Shown here piece after piece: positions 28,951 through 38,044 of a stretch of DNA of 64,000 nucleotides; position 1 is the stretch's first letter; each line of letters opens with the position of its first letter. Under the pieces are notes generated by a model, which worked only from the letters and a program-made list of their open reading frames with translations, was not told the origin of the DNA and ran no database searches. Location: positions 5,020-69,019 of the IMG/VR virus record IMGVR_UViG_3300025151_006410; one strand, written 5' to 3'. This DNA is from a virus. The position numbers were made by a program, and so were the translations under genes.

Positions 28951-29601
28951 TTATTCAGTTTCATCTACACCACCGAATCGGTTGGTCATGTTTGGCCATT
29001 TATCCTCAAACCAATCAGGTGGTCTTTGCTTTTTGTATTTCCATTGTGTTTGATGTGCTTTACGCCATGCATTGTATATGTTTTTAATAGTAGACTTGGA
29101 TACATTAAGATTTAATTTATCTGCTAGTCTTTGCATAGTATTAATAAAATCCGCTTCCACAAAAAAATCTCTGAATGCAAGTTTGTGTAGTAAGCAGTTT
29201 TGGCTTTCCAAATAGTGTTCTAGCTCTGTATGGTAATTCATTTCAAATTCTAAAGACCAATTATCTTCTGCTGACGTTGTTGTGCGAACAACTTTGCTTC
29301 TGTGGTGTATTCCTTTGCGTGAATGTTCATCAGCAACTGATATCAGTACTAGGTTTGGTCTTTTTTTGCAATAATCTTCAAATGTAAAATTTCGATTTTC
29401 AAGTTGATCAGCAAAAGTTGGCTGTGTGTGTATTGATGGATGCAATTTGAAGCCAAGTTGCTCACGCTGAATCCATGGCACATCTTGTTTATATGCTTTT
29501 ACTACATCTGCTTCGTTATTGTAAAAATGTGTGCTTAGTATTTGAGCTATTAAATTGCCGCCTGATAAAGGTGTGAAAATAATCGTACACAATCGATCCA
29601 T
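28951..29601 (-). CDS. hypothetical protein, sulfotransferase/P-loop-like; paralogue of 28292-28939
   Basis: IIFTPLSGGNLIAQILST; TAAGTA 5 nt upstream. Confidence 0.6.
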   Translation of the reverse strand: MDRLCTIIFTPLSGGNLIAQILSTHFYNNEADVVKAYKQDVPWIQREQLGFKLHPSIHTQPTFADQLENRNFTFEDYCKKRPNLVLISVADEHSRKGIHHRSKVVRTTTSAEDNWSLEFEMNYHTELEHYLESQNCLLHKLAFRDFFVEADFINTMQRLADKLNLNVSKSTIKNIYNAWRKAHQTQWKYKKQRPPDWFEDKWPNMTNRFGGVDETE

Positions 29602-29609
29602 GTGAATAC

Positions 29610-29807
29610 TTACTTTTTCTTAGCACGACCACGTTTCATGTTGAGATTCCATTGAGCCATTCTTTTGCGTTCGCCTGTTCCTGTTTTTGCAATTTTTTTC
29701 AGCTGTGCAATAGACATTTTTTGACTAACACCAACACGTTTAGATAATCCTTTGCGTCCTGGTTTTTTACCGTCTGCAAAACTTTCAACAAACTCTGATA
29801 ATCTCAT
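29610..29807 (-). CDS. small basic putative internal head protein
   Basis: MRLSEFVE-SFADGKKPGRKG. Confidence 0.68.
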   Translation of the reverse strand: MRLSEFVESFADGKKPGRKGLSKRVGVSQKMSIAQLKKIAKTGTGERKRMAQWNLNMKRGRAKKK

Positions 29808-30124
29808 TTCTTCTTTGCCTTTGTTTTCTTTTTCATTGTGTTAATATATTTTCTATAAATTGAAGCAGGTCCTGTTTTGCCAGCCGCTTTTGCTCTTTGT
29901 TCCATAGCCACTGCCGCTTGTATTTTGTGTGCATGTGATCTACCTGATTTTCTAATTTTAGTGATACTAGCCCTTGCAGTCGCATCATCTTTGAATCCTA
30001 GACCGTGAATAGTGCCTTTAGGATCTTCATCAGTGTACAAGTCTGAATGTTTTTTTGACTTTGCTGGCTGTCCTTTTTTGCGTGGGATACGTTTGCCTTC
30101 TAAAATAATATCTGCTATTTTCAT
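29804..30124 (-). CDS. small basic putative internal head protein
   Basis: MKIADIILE-GKRIPRKKGQ...HSDLYTDEDPKGTIHGLGF. Confidence 0.7.
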   Translation of the reverse strand: MKIADIILEGKRIPRKKGQPAKSKKHSDLYTDEDPKGTIHGLGFKDDATARASITKIRKSGRSHAHKIQAAVAMEQRAKAAGKTGPASIYRKYINTMKKKTKAKKK

Positions 30125-30330
30125 TTTTTGGTCCTTTTTAATTTTTTATTGACTGGTCCGGTTAGGTATGGTCTTGAAAACCATAGTTTGAACCAAGCTG
30201 GATCACCTGGACGTAGACCCAATTCACGTTCTTTTTTGCGTTTTTCTGTGCCAGTGATAGACATGTTTTCTTTGGGTTGTTGATCATAAACCCCTACACC
30301 AGCTAATTTTTTAAGTTCTTCTAAGGTCAT
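30121..30330 (-). CDS. small phage protein
   Basis: MTLEELKKLAGV...PGDPAWFKLWF. Confidence 0.65.
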   Translation of the reverse strand: MTLEELKKLAGVGVYDQQPKENMSITGTEKRKKERELGLRPGDPAWFKLWFSRPYLTGPVNKKLKRTKK

Positions 30331-30967
30331 GTTGTTCCATATATTTAATCAAATAGTCGGCCCAACGTCTATGCCCTGCAACTGTAGGATGGTAGTCTTT
30401 TTCGCTTACATAGGTCTTGTTGTCTTGGCAGTATTCAAAGTGACTATAATTCATCTTAAAAAAGTATTTTTCGTCTATTAGACTGCGGAGTAAATTACAA
30501 TCATTTGAATCAGTAATTTTGTTTGGTAAGCCAAAATACATTAGATATTTGATATTGTTCATTTTAAAGTAGTTTTGTAAATCAACTATATGATTCAATA
30601 CTGTTACAGATTCGTGTTCTACATCATCAAATCCTGGCATCACGTTTAAAATATTTCTAGTATGATATGTTCTCCAAGTAGAACTAAATTCTTTTATTTT
30701 TTTGAATCCATCGTTTGTAACATAGTCTACACGCCCAGCCTGGGTCCATTCAATCAGAGCAACTGTATCCTTTTTACGTTGCGGATATGTTTCAAACCAT
30801 AATTTGGTAGTGGTGTTGATTCTGTGATTGCCTCGACCACCACGTGCAAAGTTGTTAAGTTTAAATCGAAAATAGTTGGCAACCATTTTGCCGGTAAACG
30901 TAGCAATTCGACCTTTGTCATTTGGGGTGTTAAAAGAGCACCCATTTACAAAAAGTTGTTCAAGCAT
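30311..30967 (-). CDS. SGNH hydrolase-like protein
   Basis: NGCSF, ARGGRGN, DYHPTVAGH. Confidence 0.75.
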   Translation of the reverse strand: MLEQLFVNGCSFNTPNDKGRIATFTGKMVANYFRFKLNNFARGGRGNHRINTTTKLWFETYPQRKKDTVALIEWTQAGRVDYVTNDGFKKIKEFSSTWRTYHTRNILNVMPGFDDVEHESVTVLNHIVDLQNYFKMNNIKYLMYFGLPNKITDSNDCNLLRSLIDEKYFFKMNYSHFEYCQDNKTYVSEKDYHPTVAGHRRWADYLIKYMEQHDLRRT

Positions 30968-30985
30968 AGTGTTATGCTTAATTTA

Positions 30986-31303
30986 TTACTCTTGGCTTTC
31001 TTTGACCTCGTGGATTGACATGTTTAGATTATAAGTTTTGCCATTCCATTTATATTGTACGTCTGCAGAATTCATGCCAGTGCCTGTGCTTTCAACTTCT
31101 GCTCCTGCTTCTGCAAGACCACTTTCCATAACTTTTGTTAGATTAGCAACATGGTCAGCTGTTTCTTCAGCTAATTTGGCAAACTCATCTTCTTTGTCTT
31201 TGAGTGCGTCCATTATTTTGCTGTACTGTTCAGCATCAGTTTTTAATGACAATGAATCTATATTGTCTGCAAGTCTTCTTAATTCAGCGCCTTCTTTACT
31301 CAT
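30986..31303 (-). CDS. hypothetical protein
   Basis: likely start MSKEG at 31303. Confidence 0.6.
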   Translation of the reverse strand: MSKEGAELRRLADNIDSLSLKTDAEQYSKIMDALKDKEDEFAKLAEETADHVANLTKVMESGLAEAGAEVESTGTGMNSADVQYKWNGKTYNLNMSIHEVKESQE

Positions 31304-32990
31304 TGCGTAACATTTCACAACCGCCAAATTCAGTTGTTACTTCTCCAAACATTTCTTCGCCTAAATCTTCGTACATTGACTTGATTGAATCAACTGCTAA
31401 CACATGATCTTCAAAAAAGTTTTTGCCTGATAGATCTAAAACATTAAGTTTATGGTTTACAGGATATGTACCATTGCCGTCTCTTGAAAGATAAGGCACA
31501 TTACCAGCACCAATTTGCCCAACAATTTTGCCTTCTTTTACAAGATATGCTACTGTGTAGTTTGTGGTATCACCTTCCCATGCTCCATCTTCTGCAACAA
31601 GACCACCTTCTGGTTTTGTTACTACTTCTGCAATTACAAATTTTGCACCATCATACAGTGATTCGTCTGCAATAATTCTAGCTGACGCTGTAAGTCCTAG
31701 TGCATCTTGAGCCCCACCAACAAGCATTAGTTCATATTGTTTGTTGAGCTCTTCGATCATTCTATCTGTATCTGAAATAGATTCATCTTTTTTCTTTTCT
31801 TTGTCTTTAGCCGCTTTTTTCATAGGTTCTTTTTTGTCGCCATCTTTGTCTAAATCTAAAAAGTCAGGCTTAGCATGCTTAGCCTCATCAACGTCTTCAT
31901 CGTCTTTTGAATCGCCTTGTTTTTTCTTAATAGCGTCTTGTAAACCTTTTGGTAATTTTTTTTGAGCCGCTGTTAGTTCTTCGTCAAGCTCTTCGCCTTC
32001 TGGTAACGGATTGTCACCTCTTGAAGCCGCTGATGGACCCATTTTTGAATTAGGAACTTTGTTTCTTTTGAGTTCAAAATCATCTTTATCTAAGTATGCT
32101 TCGTCTTTGTCATTTGCATACATTTCAGTTTCTGGCTCAGCATCTACTGGTCCTTCCATATCACTTTTTGGTGCTTCAGGCTCATCTCCCATCGGCGCCA
32201 TTGGTGCTTCAGGTTCAGGCATTGAGGGTTGCTGTCCTTGAATGTTCATTTGGCTTGGATCTAGTCCTGCATTTTTAAGTATAGTCATGAGTGCAATGGA
32301 ATCTTCCAATGTATCTGTAGTGATACTAATACCCTCATTTAGTTTCTTTTTGTCTGACATTGTTGATTCTCCTATTTGCGATTTGTCATCTTTCATTGCC
32401 AATTTTGTTGCTGTTGCATACATTACTGCATCAGCGTCTTTGCCGTAACGTTTACGGAAACCTGCTTTGTCTTTTTTCATTGATTTTACAATTTTTTCTT
32501 TTTTGTCTGTTTCAGCTTTTGTCATTTCTCTTCCTGTTGAACTGTGTTCCCCACCATGCTTTTCAGTCATTTCATCTGAGTCTTCAACATCGTTGGTAAG
32601 ATAATTTTTTACAGCTTCTACATCACTCTGTGCCACTGCTAGTTTATTAGTAAGCCACGTATCAAGATTGCCAGTGCCATCCATCTCTTTGAATTTTGCA
32701 TGTAGCGCCATCAAATCTTTGATCATGACAACTGTTTTACGTTGCATTGAGTCTACATCAGTGTGACCATCTTCGCCGAGTGCATCTTTCATTTCTTCTT
32801 TTGACTTGCCATGTTTCTTTTTGAACTCAGCATCTGATAATTCTTTCATGTCTAATGCTATATCTGACATTTTGCCTTCTTCTACACCTTCTCTTTGCAA
32901 TCTGTTGTAATAAGTTTCTGGCTTGCTAACCAAATTTATAGCATCATATTTTTGATATAGATCTGCTAAAAAATCTGATTCGTGTGACAT
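31296..32990 (-). CDS. large acidic/Lys-rich putative internal head polyprotein
   Basis: TAAATA at 32999-33004; modules such as LTAAQKKLPKGLQDAI and KPDFLDLDKDGDKKEPMKKA separated by xxE junctions. Confidence 0.68.
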   Translation of the reverse strand: MSHESDFLADLYQKYDAINLVSKPETYYNRLQREGVEEGKMSDIALDMKELSDAEFKKKHGKSKEEMKDALGEDGHTDVDSMQRKTVVMIKDLMALHAKFKEMDGTGNLDTWLTNKLAVAQSDVEAVKNYLTNDVEDSDEMTEKHGGEHSSTGREMTKAETDKKEKIVKSMKKDKAGFRKRYGKDADAVMYATATKLAMKDDKSQIGESTMSDKKKLNEGISITTDTLEDSIALMTILKNAGLDPSQMNIQGQQPSMPEPEAPMAPMGDEPEAPKSDMEGPVDAEPETEMYANDKDEAYLDKDDFELKRNKVPNSKMGPSAASRGDNPLPEGEELDEELTAAQKKLPKGLQDAIKKKQGDSKDDEDVDEAKHAKPDFLDLDKDGDKKEPMKKAAKDKEKKKDESISDTDRMIEELNKQYELMLVGGAQDALGLTASARIIADESLYDGAKFVIAEVVTKPEGGLVAEDGAWEGDTTNYTVAYLVKEGKIVGQIGAGNVPYLSRDGNGTYPVNHKLNVLDLSGKNFFEDHVLAVDSIKSMYEDLGEEMFGEVTTEFGGCEMLRNE

Positions 32991-33014
32991 AACGTGTATA
33001 TTTATGATAGCAGG

Positions 33015-34082
33015 TTATGATAACAAGCCAATTTGTGGGTAAGGATTGTTGGCTGGGTCAGTTGTAGCCAGTGGATATGCTGTGTTTACATCCAATGATA
33101 GTCCACTTTTGGTTAAGTCACTAACATTTTTTGCAAATGTATAAGTTTTTTGTCCAAGATCAATAAACAGTATACCTTTTAAATCACCTTTTGCTCTTTT
33201 AGTAGCAAGATAGTATTGTATATTCATTTTGCCATACAGCAGTCTTGCACTGTCACTGTCTTTGACTAGTGCATTAGTAATACGTTCAACACCTTTCACA
33301 CCAGGAAAAACATTGCTCAGTACGGCTGTGACATCATTAAGTATTTGTTTTTTTCGAGATGTTTGCACTAGTTTGGCTAATTGAGCAAGATTCATACCTT
33401 GATTTGATCTCATTTTGAGTCCTTGTTGTTCTAGTGCTTGTATATCTTTTGCATATTTTTTTAGAAACTTATCAACTAGTCCAGGGTATTGTGATGATAC
33501 CGAAACATTCCTATCTGTAAATCTAGCATTTTTTACACGCTTTGCTTTTAGTTCAACTGGTGATCCATCTATAATCAAATCACCTGATCCAGCTCCTGCC
33601 CCAATGCCTGATATGCCTTTGCTTAATACTGCGAGTGTAAATTCGCCAGGCCCAATACCTTGTGCAATTACATCATTGAAATCATCAACAAGTTCGGTCA
33701 TCGCAGGGTTCTTGCCATATCCTACAAATATGTCACTCATTTTGTGTACACCGCCTGAAGTTAAAACTTTTTTATTAACAATTTTGTCTGCGTTCCACAG
33801 TTTGAACAGTTTTTCTCTACCCTGTGAATCGAAGTCCACAGTGGAAACCATTTTTGCGATTTTTTTCACAGCTCTTTGCACATCATTATCGTCAATCTGT
33901 TCTACTCGCGAAAGCAAAGACTGTACTCTACCACCTACCCCAACATCGTTCAGTAATTGCGTAATCCTATCGATTACAGCTACACTTTCAGAATCTGTGC
34001 CTATGCTTTGTATCTTTTGGATTAGCTCTTTCTTTTGTAGCTTCAGTTGTTCTGGCTTAATTTTAAATTCATACAGTCGCAT
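33015..34082 (-). CDS. late protein with PD-(D/E)xK nuclease-like motif
   Basis: MRLYEF N-terminus; GIGPGE...GDLIIDGSPVELK; TAAATA 5 nt upstream. Confidence 0.6.
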   Translation of the reverse strand: MRLYEFKIKPEQLKLQKKELIQKIQSIGTDSESVAVIDRITQLLNDVGVGGRVQSLLSRVEQIDDNDVQRAVKKIAKMVSTVDFDSQGREKLFKLWNADKIVNKKVLTSGGVHKMSDIFVGYGKNPAMTELVDDFNDVIAQGIGPGEFTLAVLSKGISGIGAGAGSGDLIIDGSPVELKAKRVKNARFTDRNVSVSSQYPGLVDKFLKKYAKDIQALEQQGLKMRSNQGMNLAQLAKLVQTSRKKQILNDVTAVLSNVFPGVKGVERITNALVKDSDSARLLYGKMNIQYYLATKRAKGDLKGILFIDLGQKTYTFAKNVSDLTKSGLSLDVNTAYPLATTDPANNPYPQIGLLS

Positions 34083-34090
34083 ATGTGTAT

Positions 34091-34507
34091 TTACTCAGCT
34101 AGTTCTTCATTAACAACATCTAATAAATTGTTTGTATCAAAGCTCCAATTGACTCCATATGACAATAAACAGGTGAATTGGGTATCTCTCAATGTCATAT
34201 AAAAGACGCCTCTGTTGTTGTCTTTGTTGTACCAAAACGACATAGTGCCTAATATATCATTTGTAATGATACCATTTCGTCTTACTTCAGCAGAACCTTG
34301 ATATTGCATACCCATTTGTTCTTTTGTCAATAATAACATATCTAAACTGTTGCCACAGTATAGGGGTAGTGGTACTGCTGTTAACATACCAGGTGGATAA
34401 CCAATTGGTGGCTCTTCTGCTTGTGCTTTGTGTGAGGCACCCAACATTATCAAACAGAATATTGTTAGTGCTATTATGCCAATTAGTTGTATTTTGTTCC
34501 AATCCAT
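34091..34507 (-). CDS. secreted/periplasmic hypothetical protein
   Basis: signal-peptide-like N-terminus ending AQA; two Cys in mature part. Confidence 0.65.
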   Translation of the reverse strand: MDWNKIQLIGIIALTIFCLIMLGASHKAQAEEPPIGYPPGMLTAVPLPLYCGNSLDMLLLTKEQMGMQYQGSAEVRRNGIITNDILGTMSFWYNKDNNRGVFYMTLRDTQFTCLLSYGVNWSFDTNNLLDVVNEELAE

Positions 34508-34536
34508 GTTTTTATACTACTTAAAACAGTAACAAA

Positions 34537-35007
34537 CTAGATTGCTGTAACGTGAGTTGCGCCACGTCCTTTACCAATTCTAGCTATCTTTGACATGGCC
34601 ATCACTGCCTTTTGAAAGTACCCTTCTGGTTTGCCTGCATCGATAAATGCGCCACCGCCTGCTCGTCTATCTACTTGGTCAGGTTGTGCTGGTGATTGTT
34701 TACCTATTGACTGTTTTAAAAATTGTGTTGCTTTGGCAATGAATTCATCTATTGGTATGGTGTCTTCTGTGTCATAGCCTAGTGTGTCCATTACTTCACG
34801 CATGTTGGCATTGGATAGACTTAGATCTTCTTCTGGATCATAGTCGGGATTTGGCTTAGGATCTTTGTCATAGGGCCAATCTCTTTTGTAAAAATCAGGC
34901 TCATATTTTGGTTGATCGCCTGTCACTGGGTAGTAATAGCCCTTTTCTTTGTCAAACTTCCTTGCAGAAAACGACATACTTTCTATTATAAAATCACTTG
35001 CCTTCAT
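34537..35007 (-). CDS. putative internal head protein
   Basis: likely start MKASDFIIE at 35007. Confidence 0.6.
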   Translation of the reverse strand: MKASDFIIESMSFSARKFDKEKGYYYPVTGDQPKYEPDFYKRDWPYDKDPKPNPDYDPEEDLSLSNANMREVMDTLGYDTEDTIPIDEFIAKATQFLKQSIGKQSPAQPDQVDRRAGGGAFIDAGKPEGYFQKAVMAMSKIARIGKGRGATHVTAI

Positions 35008-35536
35008 TACTAAGCGCCTTTTCAAGTTGTTGTATTGTTGTATTTACACTTCCAGTTTTATGCTGGATACCTATTCCGCCAGCTTCTGTCCATTTTCTAA
35101 TGTTTACTCCAAAGTCGTCAATCAGTATGTTTCTAGTACCATCACGCTGAACAGCGTATTTGCCTTTGTTTCCAGTTGCTGGCATGATAATTGTGTCTCT
35201 AGGACGAAGTGGCAAATTGTTGATCCATTGCTTTTTTTGTATTACAGCATTTGAATCTTCAGTGCCAGGTGCTTTAGACAAAACTATGTAGTCACCTTTA
35301 AAAAGGTCTGCGATACTGGACATTAATTTTGGCACATCTGGTAATACTTTCAAATTGATCCAAAAATCTTCCGAGTTAGCAATGCGTCTTAACACTTTAC
35401 TAATTGTAGTTTTGTCTGCATCACTCCAATGTTTTACCCCAGCCATTTTATTAAATGGTCCGTAAAAGTCTGCTAACACACCATCCATATCTACATATAA
35501 TATCGGTTTGGATTGTTCTAGTTCAATTAGGTTCAT
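34994..35536 (-). CDS. HAD-family 5'(3')-deoxyribonucleotidase (NT5C-like)
   Basis: YVDMDGVLADF, ILIDDFGVN, W..AGG.GI. Confidence 0.85.
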   Translation of the reverse strand: MNLIELEQSKPILYVDMDGVLADFYGPFNKMAGVKHWSDADKTTISKVLRRIANSEDFWINLKVLPDVPKLMSSIADLFKGDYIVLSKAPGTEDSNAVIQKKQWINNLPLRPRDTIIMPATGNKGKYAVQRDGTRNILIDDFGVNIRKWTEAGGIGIQHKTGSVNTTIQQLEKALSNEGK

Positions 35537-36417
35537 AGTTTGTACAATTTTAATTTTTTAAGTTGTCTTTTTATTTCGCCTGGCTTAACATCTTTTGTCG
35601 TATTTTGTTTTGTAATGATGCCAACCCCAGCCGCCTCTGATTTTTTTAATAAAGTGTTTTTAATGTTGTTTATATCTGCTTCAACTTGTGTGAGATTATC
35701 TAGTATGTCTTTTGGAACTGCTCTGCCATCACCAAATTTCATTTTGAGTACGTCTAATGTTCCTTGCATATCTTTTACCTGTTGTATCACATAGCGATTA
35801 TCAAAGTCGTTTAATTCTTTAATAGGTTTGTTTGGTCTTTTCACTACAGGCTTATTTTCTTTTATGTTCATACCTTGTCTTACACTCCTAAATAGCATTT
35901 CTTTAGTTTTGTCACCACCTGCAACAATTTTTTTGAAACTGTTGAAATCATTTTTTAATGCAAATTCTCTAGCCATCGAAGCTGACGCTCCTGCTACGCC
36001 ATCAGCATCTGGATCTCTTTGGCCTGCTGATTGCACGTTGATTGAATCAAATTTGTATTCTTTGTTGTTGTATTTTTTTAACAGTGTTTCAAAAGATTTT
36101 GCTCTGTCTGATCCTGCTACCATTGTTACATCTGTATATCCTTCATTCTGTAATGACTTCATTACATCAATAATTGTTTTGATACTTGCATCTTTTACAA
36201 TGGATTTGCCATGTTCTGGAAATTGTTGTGATAAAAAATTTAATTTAGTTTTGTATTCTAACGGGTTTTTCTTGCTGTCTTGAGTTTGTGATGCAAAAAT
36301 TTTGTAATTGCTGTTACTGGCTAAAGTGTCAAGTAGTTTACCATGTCCGATTGTTGGTGGATTGAAACGTCCAAATACAAAAGCTACCTCTTTACTGTTG
36401 ACTTCCTGGAGTTTCAT
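35533..36417 (-). CDS. cytidyltransferase-like (HIGH-class nucleotidyltransferase) protein
   Basis: FGRFNPPTIGH, KNPL, VAGSDR, SAGQRDPD, SASMAR. Confidence 0.85.
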   Translation of the reverse strand: MKLQEVNSKEVAFVFGRFNPPTIGHGKLLDTLASNSNYKIFASQTQDSKKNPLEYKTKLNFLSQQFPEHGKSIVKDASIKTIIDVMKSLQNEGYTDVTMVAGSDRAKSFETLLKKYNNKEYKFDSINVQSAGQRDPDADGVAGASASMAREFALKNDFNSFKKIVAGGDKTKEMLFRSVRQGMNIKENKPVVKRPNKPIKELNDFDNRYVIQQVKDMQGTLDVLKMKFGDGRAVPKDILDNLTQVEADINNIKNTLLKKSEAAGVGIITKQNTTKDVKPGEIKRQLKKLKLYKL

Positions 36418-36664
36418 TTTCAATCATACTTTGGTATAAATCAATGGCTACTTCCCTTTTCAGATCGGATGGCATTTGATCATAATTTAAGTTGTTATTT
36501 TTACAATAATGCATGATAGCATTATCTACTAATTCTATTACTCTGTCTTTATCGTCAGGATTTTTCTGCATGTGATACACTGTTGGAACATACAATCTTC
36601 TGTAAATGTCCTCATCGTCGAAAATTGACGAGAATACAAGATCTTTTAGGTTTTCGTCATGCAT
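36392..36664 (-). CDS. hypothetical late protein
   Basis: TAAATA at 36672-36677. Confidence 0.6.
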   Translation of the reverse strand: MHDENLKDLVFSSIFDDEDIYRRLYVPTVYHMQKNPDDKDRVIELVDNAIMHYCKNNNLNYDQMPSDLKREVAIDLYQSMIENETPGSQQ

Positions 36665-36677
36665 AGTACAGTATTTA

Positions 36678-37118
36678 TTAGAACAGTTTTTCTAACAGCC
36701 AATCATAAGTTGGCACTTTGAATTTAAGTTCCCAAGTGCCGTTGTGCCCTAAATCAGTTATTTTAGTTAATGGCTCGCTGGTCTGATCGTTGTTAAACAC
36801 TCCTTCTTCTGTGATAATTGACATAAGATTAATATCATCAATGCAGACCTCTTTGATGGACACCACAGAATCAGCAATAACTTCATTAGATGAATTGACT
36901 TTTGTGTTGGCCTCATTTTTGTTTGAAATCTGTAATTTCATGGTGTGTTCACCTGAATCAATAGCCACTTTCTTGTTAATAACAACTTCTGATTTATTGC
37001 TACCAAAATCGACATGTATTGCTCGGTCATCGATGAATAATGCTATTCTTAATGGGTGATCAATCCATTGATGTGTGTATACAAATTTAAGTTTAATTTT
37101 ATGTTTGTCTTTTTCCAT
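36678..37118 (-). CDS. hypothetical protein
   Basis: beta-rich ORF ending LGHNGTWELKFKVPTYDWLLE; likely start 37118. Confidence 0.6.
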   Translation of the reverse strand: MEKDKHKIKLKFVYTHQWIDHPLRIALFIDDRAIHVDFGSNKSEVVINKKVAIDSGEHTMKLQISNKNEANTKVNSSNEVIADSVVSIKEVCIDDINLMSIITEEGVFNNDQTSEPLTKITDLGHNGTWELKFKVPTYDWLLEKLF

Positions 37119-37119
37119 C

Positions 37120-37314
37120 TTAACCCTCTTTGTGGACAAATTCATAACCAGAAAAGTTACCAACATACAGGCCTGGTCTAGTTGATGTCAATTGCACTCT
37201 AATATCTCCTGGTTTAATTAACACTACCATGCCTTTGTCTGATTTACTAATCACATCAGCATTAACAACTTGGTCGTTATCTGTGCAGTGTAGTTTAATT
37301 GTTTGCATATTCAT
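37120..37314 (-). CDS. hypothetical protein
   Basis: 64 aa, GGAG SD. Confidence 0.6.
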   Translation of the reverse strand: MNMQTIKLHCTDNDQVVNADVISKSDKGMVVLIKPGDIRVQLTSTRPGLYVGNFSGYEFVHKEG

Positions 37315-37325
37315 TTTACTTACTC

Positions 37326-37673
37326 CTAACCATACCAGATGTGTAATGATGTGAACATTACAAGATAATGCAACATTTGATCAGAGCCGATGCTTAACCA
37401 AAACAGTTTTAACTGTTTTGTTTTTTGAAAATGTGAATTAATTTTTGATGTGATGAAATCTTGTATCCAATGGGCCACACCCATTGCTACGACCCAAACA
37501 AAAGTTGCGCCAAAAAGTGTTGTAATGATCCCAATGGACGCTGTCCAAATCAAAACATGTATTGTGAGCCATTTCAGTGATGTAGCTTTTCCAACAGCCA
37601 TTGTTTCTGATTGCAGTAAGTAGTCCCCTACCCAATGTGCGATAATAATTGCAAGTATTAATTGTATTTCCAT
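37326..37673 (-). CDS. DUF3307-like membrane protein
   Basis: AHWVGDYLLQ, HWIQD, DQMLH. Confidence 0.8.
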   Translation of the reverse strand: MEIQLILAIIIAHWVGDYLLQSETMAVGKATSLKWLTIHVLIWTASIGIITTLFGATFVWVVAMGVAHWIQDFITSKINSHFQKTKQLKLFWLSIGSDQMLHYLVMFTSLHIWYG

Positions 37674-38015
37674 TTATTTCCCTAACTTCCATTCGTAGCC
37701 GATAGCTACACCAATATTGCCACCATGTGATTGTTCGTATGCTGGTGCTACCCACCATCCGTCATTAATATATCTTATCATAGGTGCAACGTCCATGCCA
37801 CTGTATCCAGTCACTAGTCCTAATTCAAGATCCCAATTTTTATCAACGTCTTCTATCACTTTACCTACATACAAACTAATGTTGTCTTCACTATTGTAAT
37901 AAGCGCCTGATATGAACGTATCTGTGGTGCATCTGGCATGAGGATGTATTTGATTGTAGTTGCCTTCAAGCCCTATATGTAATGATAGAGCAAGTAATAA
38001 TGATAAGCAATTCAT
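37674..38015 (-). CDS. small exported beta-strand protein (possible outer-membrane barrel)
   Basis: hydrophobic N-terminus, alternating strands GAYYNS, LGLVTGY, IGYEW. Confidence 0.55.
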   Translation of the reverse strand: MNCLSLLLALSLHIGLEGNYNQIHPHARCTTDTFISGAYYNSEDNISLYVGKVIEDVDKNWDLELGLVTGYSGMDVAPMIRYINDGWWVAPAYEQSHGGNIGVAIGYEWKLGK

Positions 38016-38044
38016 ACTTTATATTAACTTAAATTGTGTGAATG

